A stretch of DNA of 64,000 nt, from contig CAWJET010000002.1 in assembly GCA_963842085.1 (NCBI GenBank), positions 224,001 through 288,000 of the forward strand, read 5' to 3'. Below, in pieces: positions 36,884 to 46,754 of this stretch. Position 1 is the first letter of the stretch, and every line of letters begins with the position of its first letter. The translations under genes were made by a program, and so were the position numbers. Under the pieces are notes generated by a model. That model saw only the letters and a list, made by a program, of their open reading frames with translations, was not told the origin of the DNA and did no database searches. The stretch is from an uncultured delta proteobacterium. GTDB lineage: Bacteria; Desulfobacterota; Binatia; Binatales; Binataceae.

Positions 36884-39800
36884 CGATTTCGGCACACCGC
36901 TTCGCTCCGGCGCGCGGACGATCGCGCTGGAGGTCGACGGGCGCGCCGTAGCCGTACCCGAAGGGACCTCAGTGATTCGCGCGGCCGCGGAAGCCGGAAT
37001 CCACGTCCCCAAACTCTGTGCGACGGATTCGCTGGAGCCGTTCGGCTCGTGCCGTTTGTGCCTGGTCGAGATCGATGGCCAGCGCGGCTACCCGGCCTCG
37101 TGCACGACTCCGGTGCGTGCCGGGATGAAGGTGCGCACCGAGAGTCCCGCGCTCGCGCGGCTGCGGCGCGGCGTGATGGAGCTGTACATTTCCGATCATC
37201 CGCTCGACTGCCTGACCTGTCCGGCCAACGGCAATTGCGAGCTGCAGGACATGGCCGGCGCGGTTGGCCTGCGCGAGGTGCGCTACCGGAGCGGCGGCGC
37301 CAACCACCTGCACGCGGAGAAGGACCAATCGAATCCGTATTTCACTTTCGATCCGTCGAAGTGCATTGTGTGTTCGCGATGTGTCCGCGCGTGCGAAGAG
37401 GTGCAGGGCACGTTCGCGCTGACGCTTGACGGGCGCGGATTTTCGTCGGTGATTTCGCCGGGACAAAACGGTCCGTTCTCGGCGTCCGAGTGCGTTTCGT
37501 GCGGCGCCTGCGTGCAGGCCTGTCCAACCGCGACCTTGATCGAGAAATCCATCGTCGAACTCGGGCAGCCGGAGCATAGCGTCGTCACGACCTGCGGATA
37601 CTGCGGCGTCGGATGCTCGTTCAGGGCCGAGATGAAGGGCGACCACGTCGCGCGGATGGTTCCCAACCCCGACGGTCACGCCAATCACGGGCACTCGTGC
37701 GTCAAGGGCCGCTTCGCGTGGGGCTACACCACGCATCCGGACCGGGTCACGCGGCCGATGATTCGCAAGTCGATCGACCAGCCGTGGCGCGAGGTTTCGT
37801 GGGATGACGCGATCGAATACGCCGCGTCGGAGTTCAAGCGCATCCAGCAGGAGCACGGGCGCGGCGCAGTCGGTGCGATTACGTCCTCGCGATGCACCAA
37901 CGAAGAGACTTTTCTCGTGCAGAAACTGGTGCGCGCCGCGTTCGGCAACAACAACGTCGACACCTGCGCGCGAGTTTGTCATTCGCCGACCGGTTACGGA
38001 CTCAAGACCGCGTTCGGGACCTCGGCGACGACGCAGGATTTCGACTCCGTGATGCAGGCCGATGTGATCATGGTGATCGGCGCCAACGTCACCGAGGGGC
38101 ATCCGGTGTTCGCGGCGCAGATGAAGCGCCGAATCCGGCAGGGCGCCAGGCTGATCGTCGTGGATCCGCGCGTCACCGAAATCGTGCGGCTGCCGCACGT
38201 ACAGGCGTCGTACCATATGCAACTGCGGCCGGGCACCAACGTCGCGCTTATCAATGCGCTCGCGCACGTGGTCGTGACCGAGGGACTGACCGATGAAGCG
38301 TTCGCGGCCGCACGATGCGACCCGCACGAATTCGAGGCTTGGAAAAAGTTCGTCGCGGAGCCGCGCAATTCGCCGGAGTCGATGGAGAAGATCACAGGCG
38401 TGCCTGCAGACAAGGTGCGCGCGGCGGCCCGCTTGTACGCCACCGCGCCCAACAGTGCGATCTATTACGGCCTGGGAGTCACCGAGCACAGCCAGGGCAG
38501 CACGATGGTGCTGGGAATCGCGAATCTTGCGATGGCGACCGGCAATCTCGGGCGGCCGGGCGTCGGCGTGAATCCCCTGCGTGGACAGAACAACGTGCAA
38601 GGCTCGTGCGACATGGGCTCGTTCCCGCACGAGTTCAGCGGCTATCGCCACATTTCCGACGAAGCGGTGCGCGTGACTTTCGACGCCGCGTGGGGCGTAC
38701 GCGTCGATCCCGAACCGGGCCTGCGCATTCCCAACATGTTCGATGCTGCGCTGGAGGGCAGCTTCAAGGGCCTCTACGTCGAGGGCGAAGACGTCGCGCA
38801 GTCCGAGCCGAATGGCCAGCACGTGGCGGCGGCGCTGCGCGCAATGGAGTGCGTCGTGGTGCAGGACTTGTTCCTCAACGAAACCGCAAAATACGCGCAC
38901 GTCTTCTTGCCCGGCTCGTCATTCCTCGAAAAGAACGGCACCTTTACCAACAGCGAGCGGCGAATCTCGATGGTGCGCAAGGTCGTCGCGCCGATCGCCG
39001 GCAAGGAAGACTGGGAAATCACGTGCGAGCTTGCGACGGCACTCGGTTATCCGATGAAGTATTCGCATCCGTCGGAAATCATGGACGAGATTGCGCGTCT
39101 GACGCCCACCTTCTCCGGCGTCAGCTACGAGACGCTCGAGCGGCTCGGCTCGGTGCAATGGCCGTGCAACGACAGCGCGCCCGCCGGCACTGCCACCATG
39201 CACTCCGGCCACTTTGTGCGCGGCAAAGGTAAGTTCACTATTACCGAGTATGTACCCACTGAGGAACGCACCAACTCCGAGTATCCGCTGATACTGACTA
39301 CTGGGCGAATACTCACTCAATATAATGTTGGTACGCAGACACGGCGTACGTTGAATGCCGCGATGCATGCGGAGGATCGCCTCGAGATGCATCCGAGCGA
39401 CGCCGAGTTGCGCGGCATCCGCGACGGCGACTGGCTCCAGGTGCGGGCGCGGCGCGGCGAGACGCGCTTGCGTGCGCTGGTGACGGAGCGCGTCCAACCC
39501 GGTGTCGTGTACACCACGTTTCATCATCCGGAATCGCGCACCAATGACCTGATGACCGATCGTTCCGATTGGGCGACCAATTGTCCTGAGTTCAAGGTCA
39601 CCGCAGTTGAGGTCGCCCCGGAAGCCGGATCGGTGCGCGCTCGCGCTGCTAACGGCGGTTCGGACGGGGGGAAGCGAGCAGCTACTCAAGACGCGCACGC
39701 AATGGATATTCATCGCCTGGTGGTAATGGCCAATGACGTCGGTGAGTACTTCGCCGGCTATCCAGGTCATGACGAAGCCGTCGACGGAATCGCGAACCAT

Positions 39801-39950
39801 CTTCGCAATTTCTGGGAGGCGCGGATGCGCCGCGAGATTGTCGATTACGTCGCAAACGGCGGTGCCGAGTTGAAGCCACTCGTACGCGAAGCTGTTCTCA
39901 GCATGAGGAGCAAGCCGCTGGACACTTCGGAAGACGTTGGCGAAGGGTGA
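36864..39950 (+). CDS. fdsA: NAD-dependent formate dehydrogenase alpha subunit (Cys-type) fused to a C-terminal FdsD (delta) domain
   Basis: N-terminal Fe-S motifs, CGYCGVGC, active-site CARVCH and LRGQNNVQG. After PEFKVTAVEV a linker leads in frame into MDIHRLVVMAN...IANHLRNFWEARMR (FdsD-like, from 39702). Confidence 0.93.
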   Translation: MRSRSDSDFGTPLRSGARTIALEVDGRAVAVPEGTSVIRAAAEAGIHVPKLCATDSLEPFGSCRLCLVEIDGQRGYPASCTTPVRAGMKVRTESPALARLRRGVMELYISDHPLDCLTCPANGNCELQDMAGAVGLREVRYRSGGANHLHAEKDQSNPYFTFDPSKCIVCSRCVRACEEVQGTFALTLDGRGFSSVISPGQNGPFSASECVSCGACVQACPTATLIEKSIVELGQPEHSVVTTCGYCGVGCSFRAEMKGDHVARMVPNPDGHANHGHSCVKGRFAWGYTTHPDRVTRPMIRKSIDQPWREVSWDDAIEYAASEFKRIQQEHGRGAVGAITSSRCTNEETFLVQKLVRAAFGNNNVDTCARVCHSPTGYGLKTAFGTSATTQDFDSVMQADVIMVIGANVTEGHPVFAAQMKRRIRQGARLIVVDPRVTEIVRLPHVQASYHMQLRPGTNVALINALAHVVVTEGLTDEAFAAARCDPHEFEAWKKFVAEPRNSPESMEKITGVPADKVRAAARLYATAPNSAIYYGLGVTEHSQGSTMVLGIANLAMATGNLGRPGVGVNPLRGQNNVQGSCDMGSFPHEFSGYRHISDEAVRVTFDAAWGVRVDPEPGLRIPNMFDAALEGSFKGLYVEGEDVAQSEPNGQHVAAALRAMECVVVQDLFLNETAKYAHVFLPGSSFLEKNGTFTNSERRISMVRKVVAPIAGKEDWEITCELATALGYPMKYSHPSEIMDEIARLTPTFSGVSYETLERLGSVQWPCNDSAPAGTATMHSGHFVRGKGKFTITEYVPTEERTNSEYPLILTTGRILTQYNVGTQTRRTLNAAMHAEDRLEMHPSDAELRGIRDGDWLQVRARRGETRLRALVTERVQPGVVYTTFHHPESRTNDLMTDRSDWATNCPEFKVTAVEVAPEAGSVRARAANGGSDGGKRAATQDAHAMDIHRLVVMANDVGEYFAGYPGHDEAVDGIANHLRNFWEARMRREIVDYVANGGAELKPLVREAVLSMRSKPLDTSEDVGEG

Positions 39951-40810
39951 CAACCGATTACACTGCCGGTGTGTCTGCGGTGGAGGCCGGCGACGCCAGT
40001 CGCGACGAAGTCCGCGAGCATCGCGCGCTCAGATGGCACGGTGGCGCAACTTCCGAGCGCACCGAAAAGCTCGCGGTCGAGGAACCGCTGGAGATTCGGC
40101 TAGCCGGCCGCCGCTTCACGCTCACGATGCGCACCCCCGGGCATGACGAGGAATTGGCGGCCGGATTTCTTTTCGCCGAGGGCTTCATAAACAAAACGGC
40201 CGAACTGGGCGAGGTTCGGCGCGTGCGCGGACGCAAGGGCGCGCCCGAACCCAACGCCATCGACGTCGTGCTGAACGTGCCCGCCGGCGGACTGCGCAGC
40301 CGTCTCAAGCGCAACTTCGTGATGAGCTCGAGCTGCGGCGTATGCGGCAAAACCAGCATCGACTCGATTCGCCGCCGCGTCGCTCCCGCGTCGGATTCGG
40401 CACGCGTCGCGCCCGCGACCCTGCTCGCACTGCCGGACAAGCTGCGCGCCGGCCAGCGTGTGTTTGCCGCGACGGGAGGCCTGCACGGCGTCGCCATCTT
40501 CGAGCTTGACGGCACGATGCTCGCGATACGCGAGGACGTGGGGCGTCATAACGCGGTCGACAAAGTGATCGGATATGCGCTGACGAATGCGATGGTCCCG
40601 ATGGCGCGTCATCTGATGATGGTCAGCGGGCGGCTCAGCTTCGAGATCGTGCAGAAGGCCGCGGCCGCCGGGGTGCCGATTCTCGCCGCCGTCTCGGCGC
40701 CGTCGTCACTCGCAGTCGAACTGGCCGAAGAGCTCGGCACGACGCTGGTCGGCTTCCTGCGCGACGGCAGCTTCAACATTTACACGCGCCCTGACCGGAT
40801 TGTGCAGTGA
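39947..40810 (+). CDS. fdhD: Formate dehydrogenase accessory sulfurtransferase FdhD (FdsC)
   Basis: EEPLEI, MRTPG, SSCGVCG, TGGLH, EDVGRHNAVDK and SGRLSFEIVQK motifs. Confidence 0.95.
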   Translation: MTTDYTAGVSAVEAGDASRDEVREHRALRWHGGATSERTEKLAVEEPLEIRLAGRRFTLTMRTPGHDEELAAGFLFAEGFINKTAELGEVRRVRGRKGAPEPNAIDVVLNVPAGGLRSRLKRNFVMSSSCGVCGKTSIDSIRRRVAPASDSARVAPATLLALPDKLRAGQRVFAATGGLHGVAIFELDGTMLAIREDVGRHNAVDKVIGYALTNAMVPMARHLMMVSGRLSFEIVQKAAAAGVPILAAVSAPSSLAVELAEELGTTLVGFLRDGSFNIYTRPDRIVQ

Positions 40811-40823
40811 TGCATTCGCGCCC

Positions 40824-41620
40824 GTGAGCGAAGCCGACAAGTACGACTTGACCATTTACGAAGGGACCGCGTGGTACTACGCGCGCTATCGCCCGGTGTA
40901 TCCGCCGTCGCTGGTCAGGGTTCTGCGCGAGCGGTTCGGACTCGACGGCACCGGCAGGCTGCTCGATCTCGGCTGCGGCCCGGGTCCCGTCGCGATCGCG
41001 TTGGCGCATCTCTTTGAAGAAGTTGTCGCGATGGATCCCGATGACGCCATGCGGGCCGAGGGCGAGCGCATCGCACGCGAACGCGGAGTCAGCAATATCG
41101 AGTGGAGATTCGGCGGCTCGAAGGATTTGTCGCCGGCGCTCGGACAGTTCCGCCTCGTCACGATGGGTAACTCGTTCCACTGGATGGATCGCGCGCGCAC
41201 GCTCGATGCGCTCTACGATCCGACGGCGGCGGCGTCGCGGTGGTGGGTGAGGGTGCTCCGATTCCGCCGCCGCCGATGACGCCGTGGCGCGCGGCGATTA
41301 ACGTCGTGCTCAAACGCTATCTGGGCGAGCGAGACCGGTTCTGGGAGGATCCGGCGCCCGAAGAGCGTCACGAGGCGTACATCGCGCGTTCGCGGTTCAG
41401 ATATCTCGCCGCCTATCAGGAATCCTTCGACGTCGAATGGACCATCGACTCGATGATCGGGAATCTCTACTCGACGTCGTTCTGCAGCCGGCGGGTGCTG
41501 GGCGACCACGTCGACGCCTTCGAGCGCGACCTGCGCGCGGCGATTCTGGCCGTCGAGCCGTCGGGCATTCTTAAGGGAGAACCGCCGGAATTTTTCGCGT
41601 ATATGGCGTGGAAGCGCTGA
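40824..41620 (+). pseudogene. Class I SAM-dependent methyltransferase, frameshifted near 41220 (pseudogene or assembly error)
   Basis: First frame gives YYARYRP.YP, LLDLGCGPG, FHWMDR..TL..LYD; homology-like text continues in another frame from 41222 (DGGGVAVVGEG...GNLYSTS...AFERDLR). Confidence 0.75.
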
Positions 41621-41698
41621 GCCCCAGTGGCTCCGACGCTCCTCTTGAGCGTGCCATCGGCGCGGCGATACTCTGTATGATCATGTCGGAGCCGGCGA

Positions 41699-43456
41699 AT
41701 GTATCCGCGTAAGCGCGCGCTCGAGCGCATCGCGCGCGAAAAAGTGCTCTACCCGCGCCACCCCGGCGGCGACATCTCGGTCTGCGTCATCTATCCCAAC
41801 ACCTACCGGCTTGGCATGGCCAACCTCGGCTTCCAGGCCGTGTTCCGCATCTTCGAATCCGATCCATCGGTCGCCGCCGATCGCGCATTTCTCCCCGACG
41901 CCGACGAGCGCGACACCTTCCGCGCCGGCGGCGAGCGCCTCGTTTCTTTTGAGCGCGGCCGCCCGCTGTCCGACTTCGACATCCTGGCGTTTTCGATTTC
42001 CTTCGAGACTGATTATCTTAACGTCCTGAGCGTGCTGCGGATGGCCGGTATTCCGGCTCGCCGCGCCGATCGCGCGGGCCGCAATTTCCCGCTGATCGTC
42101 GCCGGCGGCTCCGCCGTTTTTCTCAATCCCGAACCGATCGCGGATTTCATCGATCTGTTTCTGGTCGGCGAGGGCGAGGAGATGGTCCCGGAGTTCATCG
42201 AGTGCTGGGACGCGACGCGCGGCTCGCCGAATCAACTGCGCGAACTCGCGTCCGTCGAGGGCGCGTACCTGCCCGATTTCTACTCGCCCGTTTACGACGA
42301 CGCCGGCCGTCTCGCCGCAGTGAATTACAACGGCCCCGGCGTCGCGCAGGTGAATCGCCGCCTGATCCGGGACCTCAACCGCTTCACTACTTCGTCGCTG
42401 ATTCTCACCGAGGAATCCGTCTTCGGCGACATGTTCCTGGTCGAGGCGAGCCGCGGATGCCAGTGGGGATGCCGCTTCTGCGCGGCCGGGTTCATGTATC
42501 GGCCGATCCGTTATCGCGCCCCCGAAACTCTCATCGCCGAGGCCGAGCGCGGTCTTGGCGAGCGCAAGGTAATAGGCCTGGTCGGCGCCGAGATGGCGAG
42601 CGTGCCCGGCGTCGCCGGGATCGCATCGGCGGTCGCTGATCGCGGCGGGCGGCTGTCGCCCTCGTCACTGAAGGCCGATTGCATTTCGCCCGCGCTCGCG
42701 TCGGCGTTGGCGCGCGGCGGAAATCAAAGCGTAACCGTTGCGCCAGAGGCCGGCAGCGAGCGGATGCGCAAGGTCATCAACAAGAATCTTACTGAAGCCG
42801 AAATTCTGGGCGCGGCCGATATGATGCTGGGCGAGGGCGTCGGCAACCTGAAATTCTATTTCATGATCGGTTTGCCCGAGGAGCGCGACGAAGACGTGCT
42901 TGCGATTGCCGAGCTCGTGGCCAAGGTGCTCGAGCGCGCCCGCACGCGCCGCACCCGCATCGGCTCGGTGACCGTGTCGCTCAATCCGTTTGTGCCCAAG
43001 CCGTGGACGCCGTTTCAATGGGATCCGATGCAGGACGCACGCTCGATCAAGCGCAAGGTCGCGATGCTGCGCCGATGCCTCACGCGCCTGGGCCAGGTCG
43101 AACTCGACGCGGAATCGCCGCGCGAGGCGTACTTCCAGACGATGGTCTCGCGAGGCGATCGCCGCGTCGGCGGCATCCTCGAACGGCTGGAAGCGGCGGG
43201 ATGCGACAGCGCCGGACCCATCTGGCACGAGCTATCGAAGATTCATCGCGAGGTCCGGTCGGGAGAGACATCATCGCTGCCCGATCCCGATATCTTCGTC
43301 ACCCGCCATTACGGCCACGACGAGCTGCTGCCGTGGGACTTTATCGATCATCACATTCATAAGTGGTTTCTGCTCGCCGAACGAAAGAAGGCGCACCACG
43401 AGCACCAGAGCCCCCCGTGCGACGTGGAGCGATGCACCGTGTGCGGAGCCTGCTAG
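41699..43456 (+). CDS. Radical SAM protein (B12-binding-like N-terminus, TIGR03960-like)
   Basis: YPNTYRLGMANLG, RGCQWGCRFC (CxxxCxxC), APEAGSERMR..INK, FVPKPWTPFQW, LPWD and C-terminal C..C..CGAC. Confidence 0.9.
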   Translation: MYPRKRALERIAREKVLYPRHPGGDISVCVIYPNTYRLGMANLGFQAVFRIFESDPSVAADRAFLPDADERDTFRAGGERLVSFERGRPLSDFDILAFSISFETDYLNVLSVLRMAGIPARRADRAGRNFPLIVAGGSAVFLNPEPIADFIDLFLVGEGEEMVPEFIECWDATRGSPNQLRELASVEGAYLPDFYSPVYDDAGRLAAVNYNGPGVAQVNRRLIRDLNRFTTSSLILTEESVFGDMFLVEASRGCQWGCRFCAAGFMYRPIRYRAPETLIAEAERGLGERKVIGLVGAEMASVPGVAGIASAVADRGGRLSPSSLKADCISPALASALARGGNQSVTVAPEAGSERMRKVINKNLTEAEILGAADMMLGEGVGNLKFYFMIGLPEERDEDVLAIAELVAKVLERARTRRTRIGSVTVSLNPFVPKPWTPFQWDPMQDARSIKRKVAMLRRCLTRLGQVELDAESPREAYFQTMVSRGDRRVGGILERLEAAGCDSAGPIWHELSKIHREVRSGETSSLPDPDIFVTRHYGHDELLPWDFIDHHIHKWFLLAERKKAHHEHQSPPCDVERCTVCGAC

Positions 43457-43492
43457 AATAGGCGCGTAAGTAGAGGAGGGGAGGAGAGGAAG

Positions 43493-44173
43493 ATGGTTCA
43501 TCGTGATTTTCGTTCAGCGCGGATGACGGCTCTGTTGGCCGCGGCCGTGGCGCTGCTCGCGTGGTCGGCGCCGTCCTTCGCGGCAGGAATCGGCGAGGAA
43601 GATGTTCCCGCGACCACGATTGTCCCCGCCGGCGGCGGGAGCGCACCCGCGACAGTCAATTCTCCAGCTCCGGCCACGACGCCATCGGCGCCAGCCGAAT
43701 CCGGCGTAACGTCGATGCCCGGGCCGAAGCCGAAATCCACCACGCATCACGCGTCGAGCAGAAACACTATCCGCGAACCGGAAATCGAACCGGCGGATGC
43801 GCGGCTGAAAGTGCTCCAGGTGTGGCCGGTCTATTCGGCGCCCGCAAAAAGCAGCAAGCATATCGAGCAACTGACGCCCGACAAATTCGTCGTCGTGACG
43901 GGCTCCACCCACTATTATCTGCAGGTCAAGCTGAAGAGCGGGCAGACCGGCTACATCGAGCCGTCAGCGGTCGAATTGGTCAAGCCGGTCGACAAGGTCT
44001 TCATGCTCACTCACGACGCCGGCGTGCTGGAAAAGCCGAATCGATGGAGCAAGAAACTGTCCGAGGTTCACCAGGGCCACAACGTTCACGTCGTCGGCCT
44101 CGCGCTGAACTACATGCAAATCCGCATGAAGAGCGGACTCGAAGGCTTCATCCCGATGACCGCGTTGGAATAG
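43493..44173 (+). CDS. Exported protein with two SH3b-like domains
   Basis: Signal peptide, Pro/Ala/Thr linker, two repeats ending Y(L/M)Q(V/I).(L/M)KSG..G(Y/F)I. Confidence 0.7.
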   Translation: MVHRDFRSARMTALLAAAVALLAWSAPSFAAGIGEEDVPATTIVPAGGGSAPATVNSPAPATTPSAPAESGVTSMPGPKPKSTTHHASSRNTIREPEIEPADARLKVLQVWPVYSAPAKSSKHIEQLTPDKFVVVTGSTHYYLQVKLKSGQTGYIEPSAVELVKPVDKVFMLTHDAGVLEKPNRWSKKLSEVHQGHNVHVVGLALNYMQIRMKSGLEGFIPMTALE

Positions 44174-44266
44174 TCGCCGACGCCATCGGCTGCGCGCACC
44201 GCTCGAGCTTTTCGCACTCGACGCTCCGCCGTCGTGTCGCTATAAGTCTCAGCGAGGGAGCATCTG

Positions 44267-45517
44267 ATGACGCAGCGGGAACGGCAAGGTTGGATCATCG
44301 TCGCGAGCCTCTTTGTCGTGCTGATGTTCGTTTTCGGCTCGGGTTATAACACCGGCGGTCTGTTCTTTCCGCATCTGCTGAAACATTTCGGATGGCCGCG
44401 CGCACAACTCTCGACGCTCCAGGGCGCCGCGCTGCCGTTGTCCGCCGGGCTTAGCGCTCCGCTGATCGGATGGCTGCTCGATCGCGTCGAGGCGCGAATC
44501 GTGATGGTGGCCGGGGCGATCATGACGGGCGTATCTTTTCTCATCGCGAGCCGCGTCGATTCGTTCGGCCCGCTGTTCGGCGCCTACGTCCTGCTTGGCG
44601 TCGGCATCGGCGCATCGACGCTGTTGCCGTGCTCGCTCGTGATCGCCAACTGGTTCGGCGCGCGGCGTGGGCTTGCGATGGGCCTGACGTTCGCCGGCAC
44701 CTCGCTCGGCGGTGCGGCGATGACGATGGTCGGCAACTTCGCGATTCTGCGGGGCGGATGGCGCGCGGGTTACGTCGCGCTGGCGATTCCGATGTTCGTC
44801 GTTGTCGTCCCGCTGATAATCATCGTCGTGCGGACCCGACCGCCGCAGGACGAGGGTGTCACCTTTGCGCAGGCCAGCGACGCGTTGCCCGGCTTCGAAC
44901 TGCGCGAAGCGTTGCGCTCGCGTTCGTTCTGGATGATTTCCGCGGCGCAGTTCTTCTTCGCCGCGGTCGCGGCCGGCGCGGGCTTACATCTGATCACTTA
45001 TCTCACCGAGCTCGGCTACTCGCCGTCGTTCTCGGCCGGCATGATGAGCCTGGTGCTCGTGTTCGCGGCCTTCGGCAAGCTGGGGATGGGCCTGTTTGCC
45101 GATCGCGTGAGCGCGAGAATCGCGCTGAGCTTCAACTTTCTCGCCGCGTGTGTCGGGATGATCCTGATATTCGGCGCGGCGCGAACCGCCCTGCTGATTC
45201 CTTTCGTGCTGGTTTTCGGATTGTCGCTCGGCGCGCCGTTGGTGCTGGTTCCGATGCTGGTGGCGGAGTCGCTCGGGCTCAAGCGCTTCGGCTCCATCGG
45301 CGGCATCGCGGGCATCTTCAACACGATCGGCGCGTTCGTCGGCCCGGTCGGCGCGGGCAAGATTTACGATCTGACTGGCAGCTACGCGCCCGCCTTCAAA
45401 GTATTCGTTGTGATGTGCCTGCTCGGCGCGGCGGTAAGCTATTCGTGTCGATCGCTGGAGTCGGAGCAAGCCCGACAGCCCTCCGCACCCGTTCCTGCTA
45501 CGGCAGGCGCGCGGTAA
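44267..45517 (+). CDS. MFS transporter (OFA/MCT-like)
   Basis: About 12 TM segments; GWLLDRVEAR, NWF..RRGLA.G and G.FADRV motifs. Confidence 0.92.
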   Translation: MTQRERQGWIIVASLFVVLMFVFGSGYNTGGLFFPHLLKHFGWPRAQLSTLQGAALPLSAGLSAPLIGWLLDRVEARIVMVAGAIMTGVSFLIASRVDSFGPLFGAYVLLGVGIGASTLLPCSLVIANWFGARRGLAMGLTFAGTSLGGAAMTMVGNFAILRGGWRAGYVALAIPMFVVVVPLIIIVVRTRPPQDEGVTFAQASDALPGFELREALRSRSFWMISAAQFFFAAVAAGAGLHLITYLTELGYSPSFSAGMMSLVLVFAAFGKLGMGLFADRVSARIALSFNFLAACVGMILIFGAARTALLIPFVLVFGLSLGAPLVLVPMLVAESLGLKRFGSIGGIAGIFNTIGAFVGPVGAGKIYDLTGSYAPAFKVFVVMCLLGAAVSYSCRSLESEQARQPSAPVPATAGAR

Positions 45518-45518
45518 T

Positions 45519-46046
45519 TCACGACGTCCGCGGAAGCCGGTCCGGTGAGGGCCGCTTGAAGAAGAGCCGGTACAGCGCGCCCTCGCCCATCGCTCTCTCG
45601 ATCTCCTGCATCACCAGATAGACGAAAACGACCAGGCTGATAAGCAGCACCAGGCCCATGAAGCGGTCAACATTCGCGTTGGCGATCAGATTGGAAACCG
45701 CTTCGCCCAGACTCCCGGCCTCGCGATACGCGTGGAAGATCTTCTCGCCTATCCCCAACACGATCACGACCAATGCGTAAAGAAACGTCTTGCATGCGAC
45801 CACGACGATGCGCCGATGGGTGTTATCAGCATTGTGCCCGGATTCCGCCCAGTTAAGCAGCGCGACCACTTTGCCGATAATCAGCGCAGCCACGGCGGCC
45901 TTGGCGAAGGCGGAGAATTCGATCTCGTATTGCGAGACGAAGAGTTTGAACATCAGGCCGATCAGCAGGAACGCGATGAAGAAGAAAAGGACCACCGGCG
46001 CCATCTCGCGGAATAAGCCGACAAAGAACCGCTTGATCGATTGCAT
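45519..46046 (-). CDS. Hypothetical membrane protein
   Basis: Four hydrophobic segments; ALIIGKVV and KTFLY motifs. Confidence 0.7.
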   Translation of the reverse strand: MQSIKRFFVGLFREMAPVVLFFFIAFLLIGLMFKLFVSQYEIEFSAFAKAAVAALIIGKVVALLNWAESGHNADNTHRRIVVVACKTFLYALVVIVLGIGEKIFHAYREAGSLGEAVSNLIANANVDRFMGLVLLISLVVFVYLVMQEIERAMGEGALYRLFFKRPSPDRLPRTS

Positions 46047-46092
46047 AATTGCTTCTCGCGAGTGCTCCTATTCAGCGAGCAGGTCTAGCGCA

Positions 46093-46506
46093 CTAACGGC
46101 CGGCCGTTGGGTCCACCACTCGGAGGCCCGAAAAATATCGACGGTAGAAACCCCGATCGCGGGTAAGGAGACGGTCGGCGGTGACCAGGGCGTGCGCGCC
46201 GATCAGAAAATCGGCAGCAATCCGGTCGCGCCGGCCTCCGCCTGCCCGGTACCGGCGCCAAGCCTGCGCCGCTCTAGTCGCCGCCGCCTCCGTCATGGGT
46301 GAGAACGCGGCCGGCAGCTTCTTCATCGCCTCCCGAAAACGTCCCGCGTCGCCAAACACAGTGGCCGTCTCGGCCCATACCAGCTCGGAAGCGACCAGTG
46401 CGCCCTGCCTCAAGCATTCTCGCAGAGCCTCAGACGAGGCCGGTGCAAATTTTGGGTCGGCGCCAAACACATCCAGCAGGACATTGGTATCGACGGCGGT
46501 GATCAC
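46093..46506 (-). CDS. vapC: Type II toxin VapC (PIN domain)
   Basis: AVDTNVLLD, E, ADFLIGAHA and LLTRD acidic PIN residues. Confidence 0.92.
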   Translation of the reverse strand: MITAVDTNVLLDVFGADPKFAPASSEALRECLRQGALVASELVWAETATVFGDAGRFREAMKKLPAAFSPMTEAAATRAAQAWRRYRAGGGRRDRIAADFLIGAHALVTADRLLTRDRGFYRRYFSGLRVVDPTAGR

Positions 46507-46724
46507 GGACGCCCGCGAAGCTGCGCCATTACGGCGTCAGTGTTGAGTCTCCTGCCCAGACATCCGTACACCTCTTTAACCGGATCGATGCCGCCGGTTT
46601 TGACCGCGACCAGTCTTCCGTGTTCTTCGCTGAACTCGAGTACCGTCCCGGGTTTTACTCCCAGCCTTTCCCGCAGCCGTTTCGGAATCGTCACCTGGCC
46701 GCGTTCCGCGACACGCGCTTTCAT
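46503..46724 (-). CDS. AbrB/MazE/SpoVT-family antitoxin
   Basis: RVAERGQVTIPKRLRERLGVKPG; 4-nt overlap with vapC. Confidence 0.92.
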   Translation of the reverse strand: MKARVAERGQVTIPKRLRERLGVKPGTVLEFSEEHGRLVAVKTGGIDPVKEVYGCLGRRLNTDAVMAQLRGRP

Positions 46725-46749
46725 ACTTTTCACGTATGAAAGTATGAAA
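46719..46749. promoter_or_regulatory. Probable toxin-antitoxin autoregulatory operator
   Basis: TTTCATACTTT-N9-AAAGTATGAAA perfect 11-bp inverted repeat overlapping the antitoxin start codon. Confidence 0.7.
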
Positions 46750-46754
46750 TATAT

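Noticed and set aside
37960-37990. Selenocysteine in FdsA
   Set aside because: The active site reads CARVCH with TGT; there is no in-frame TGA.
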